Below are positions 62,837 through 64,000 of a stretch of 64,000 nt of DNA, one piece after another. Source of the DNA: Polymyxa betae A26-41 (taxonomy: Eukaryota; Protista; Endomyxa: Phytomyxea); contig RBZT01000373.1 of assembly GCA_003693705.1 (NCBI GenBank), forward strand, positions 1 through 64,000, given 5' to 3'. The notes beneath the pieces are model-generated. The model was not told the DNA's origin. It did not search any database and saw only the letters and a program-made list of their open reading frames with translations. The first letter of the stretch is position 1. Every line of letters begins with the position of its first letter. Position numbers and translations under genes: made by a program.

Positions 62837-63567
62837 TCATTTAGAACTGGAATCGATACGTTGCTGCCGAATAATGAATAACCAGGTTTCTACCAAAAGT
62901 ATTCCGACAGCACAGACTAAACCGCACACAGCCGCCTATTCATCAGCATTAGTACAATACGCTTGACGTATTGACTTTTTTTTGTCTACCAATGTTTTCG
63001 ATGAGAAGGCAGAAGACCCCAAGAACAGCCCGAAGATAAAGGCGGTCGCCATTGAAAACACCAGATTCAGACCGATTGACAGCGACTGCCGAATTTCACC
63101 GACATCAGAGTCTAGCACATTTGCTGGTTTAATCACATTCGTCATCTGGTCATATCGTCTCTGGTCTAATCGTTTCTGAATTTCTGATAACCTTGCAACA
63201 AGTTCTGGGTCCTAATAACATATGCACTAAACAACTGAGATTCATAATTCGAAAATTGAGGCAAATATGAAAATGAAGGAGAGTGCCTCGGTTATGAAGT
63301 TTCAATCTAGAAAGCTGAAAAGACCTTTGGTCTCAGCTGGATTTCGAATTCAGGCACAGGCTCTGAATTGCTGACAATTGTATGGACGAATGAGCGATGG
63401 TCGCGCTCCATTCCTGGCAGACGCCGATGCTGTCCTGTCAGCAGGACCAGGTCATCAATAGAAACACGTTTGACTTCTCCATTGGCCAACAAACGCCATT
63501 TAGGCGATTTCGCAGCGAGGCTGGCGGCCGCTGATTTGATCAAAGGCGATACCGTGACATAAACCAT
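62837..63567 (-). CDS. VMA12: V-ATPase assembly factor Vma12/TMEM199
   Basis: DPELVARL..RRYDQMT..LSIGLNLVFSMATAF..GLVCAVGILLVETWLFII. Confidence 0.85.
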
Positions 63568-63655
63568 ATCGCACAAAGTTTCAAATTCAAAATTAAACAA
63601 TACAGATAATTACAGCTTAGTCGCATCGTTTATACATTTCAGCCATTAACATCTT

Positions 63656-64000
63656 CTAAGCCAAATAGCGAGCACCCAATGAATGAGCGATAAAAGCAAA
63701 TACGTCTGAGTGCTCCTTGATGATCTTTCCTAAAGGTTTGCCAGCACCATGACCGGCTTTCCGATCAATCCGGATTAGCAGTGGCGCAACTTGATTCTGA
63801 CGTTGGCCAACCGTATACTGTAATTCAGCCGCCAGTTTGAACGAATCTATGAAGTTTGTAAGAAAAACAGGCAAAATACGAACAGTGGAGCAAGTACGCA
63901 AAGGCACGACACGATCGTCATGATCAGCGGTGCATAACATAACAGCAGGGTATGGATCACTCTAATCGCGTTGAGAAAATCTGGATACGAAGCTGTGTGC
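63656..64000 (-). CDS. PREP: Prolyl oligopeptidase, 3' part only
   Basis: [21 protein letters not shown] and [13 protein letters not shown] (catalytic Asp and His). Confidence 0.93.

Noticed and set aside
1-64000. Non-standard genetic code or stop readthrough
   Set aside because: In-frame stops in the conserved genes I spliced are removed by canonical introns, and TAA, TAG and TGA all terminate genes.

Overview
This is a compact, intron-rich eukaryotic window with about 38 genes, short (roughly 40-130 nt) GT-AG introns and one 113-N assembly gap. Several ciliary genes (CFAP141-like, CCDC146, EFHC/Rib72-like) and TTT(T)AGGG-type repeats point to a flagellated protist. A phytomyxid (plasmodiophorid) would fit, but that is inference. 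Most genes are housekeeping: RNase H2A, USE1, RPB9, Mic19-like, TSR1, DUG3-like, KIN17, OCA1-like, NAC-beta, WBP1, SFT2, PNUTS, S1P, URB2, acyl-CoA thioesterase, dUTPase, VMA12 and POP. The most notable locus is a tandem pair of catechol O-methyltransferases behind a 90-bp tandem-repeat promoter. The second copy has gained a signal peptide and altered SAM- and Mg-binding residues, making it a candidate secreted phenolic-targeting effector. Also notable are two orphan paralogs flanking dUTPase, a frameshifted and truncated IPI3/WDR18, an apparently prodomain-less S1P protease, and telomere-like repeats inside introns. All gene models were spliced by eye and family calls rest on recalled motifs, not database searches.
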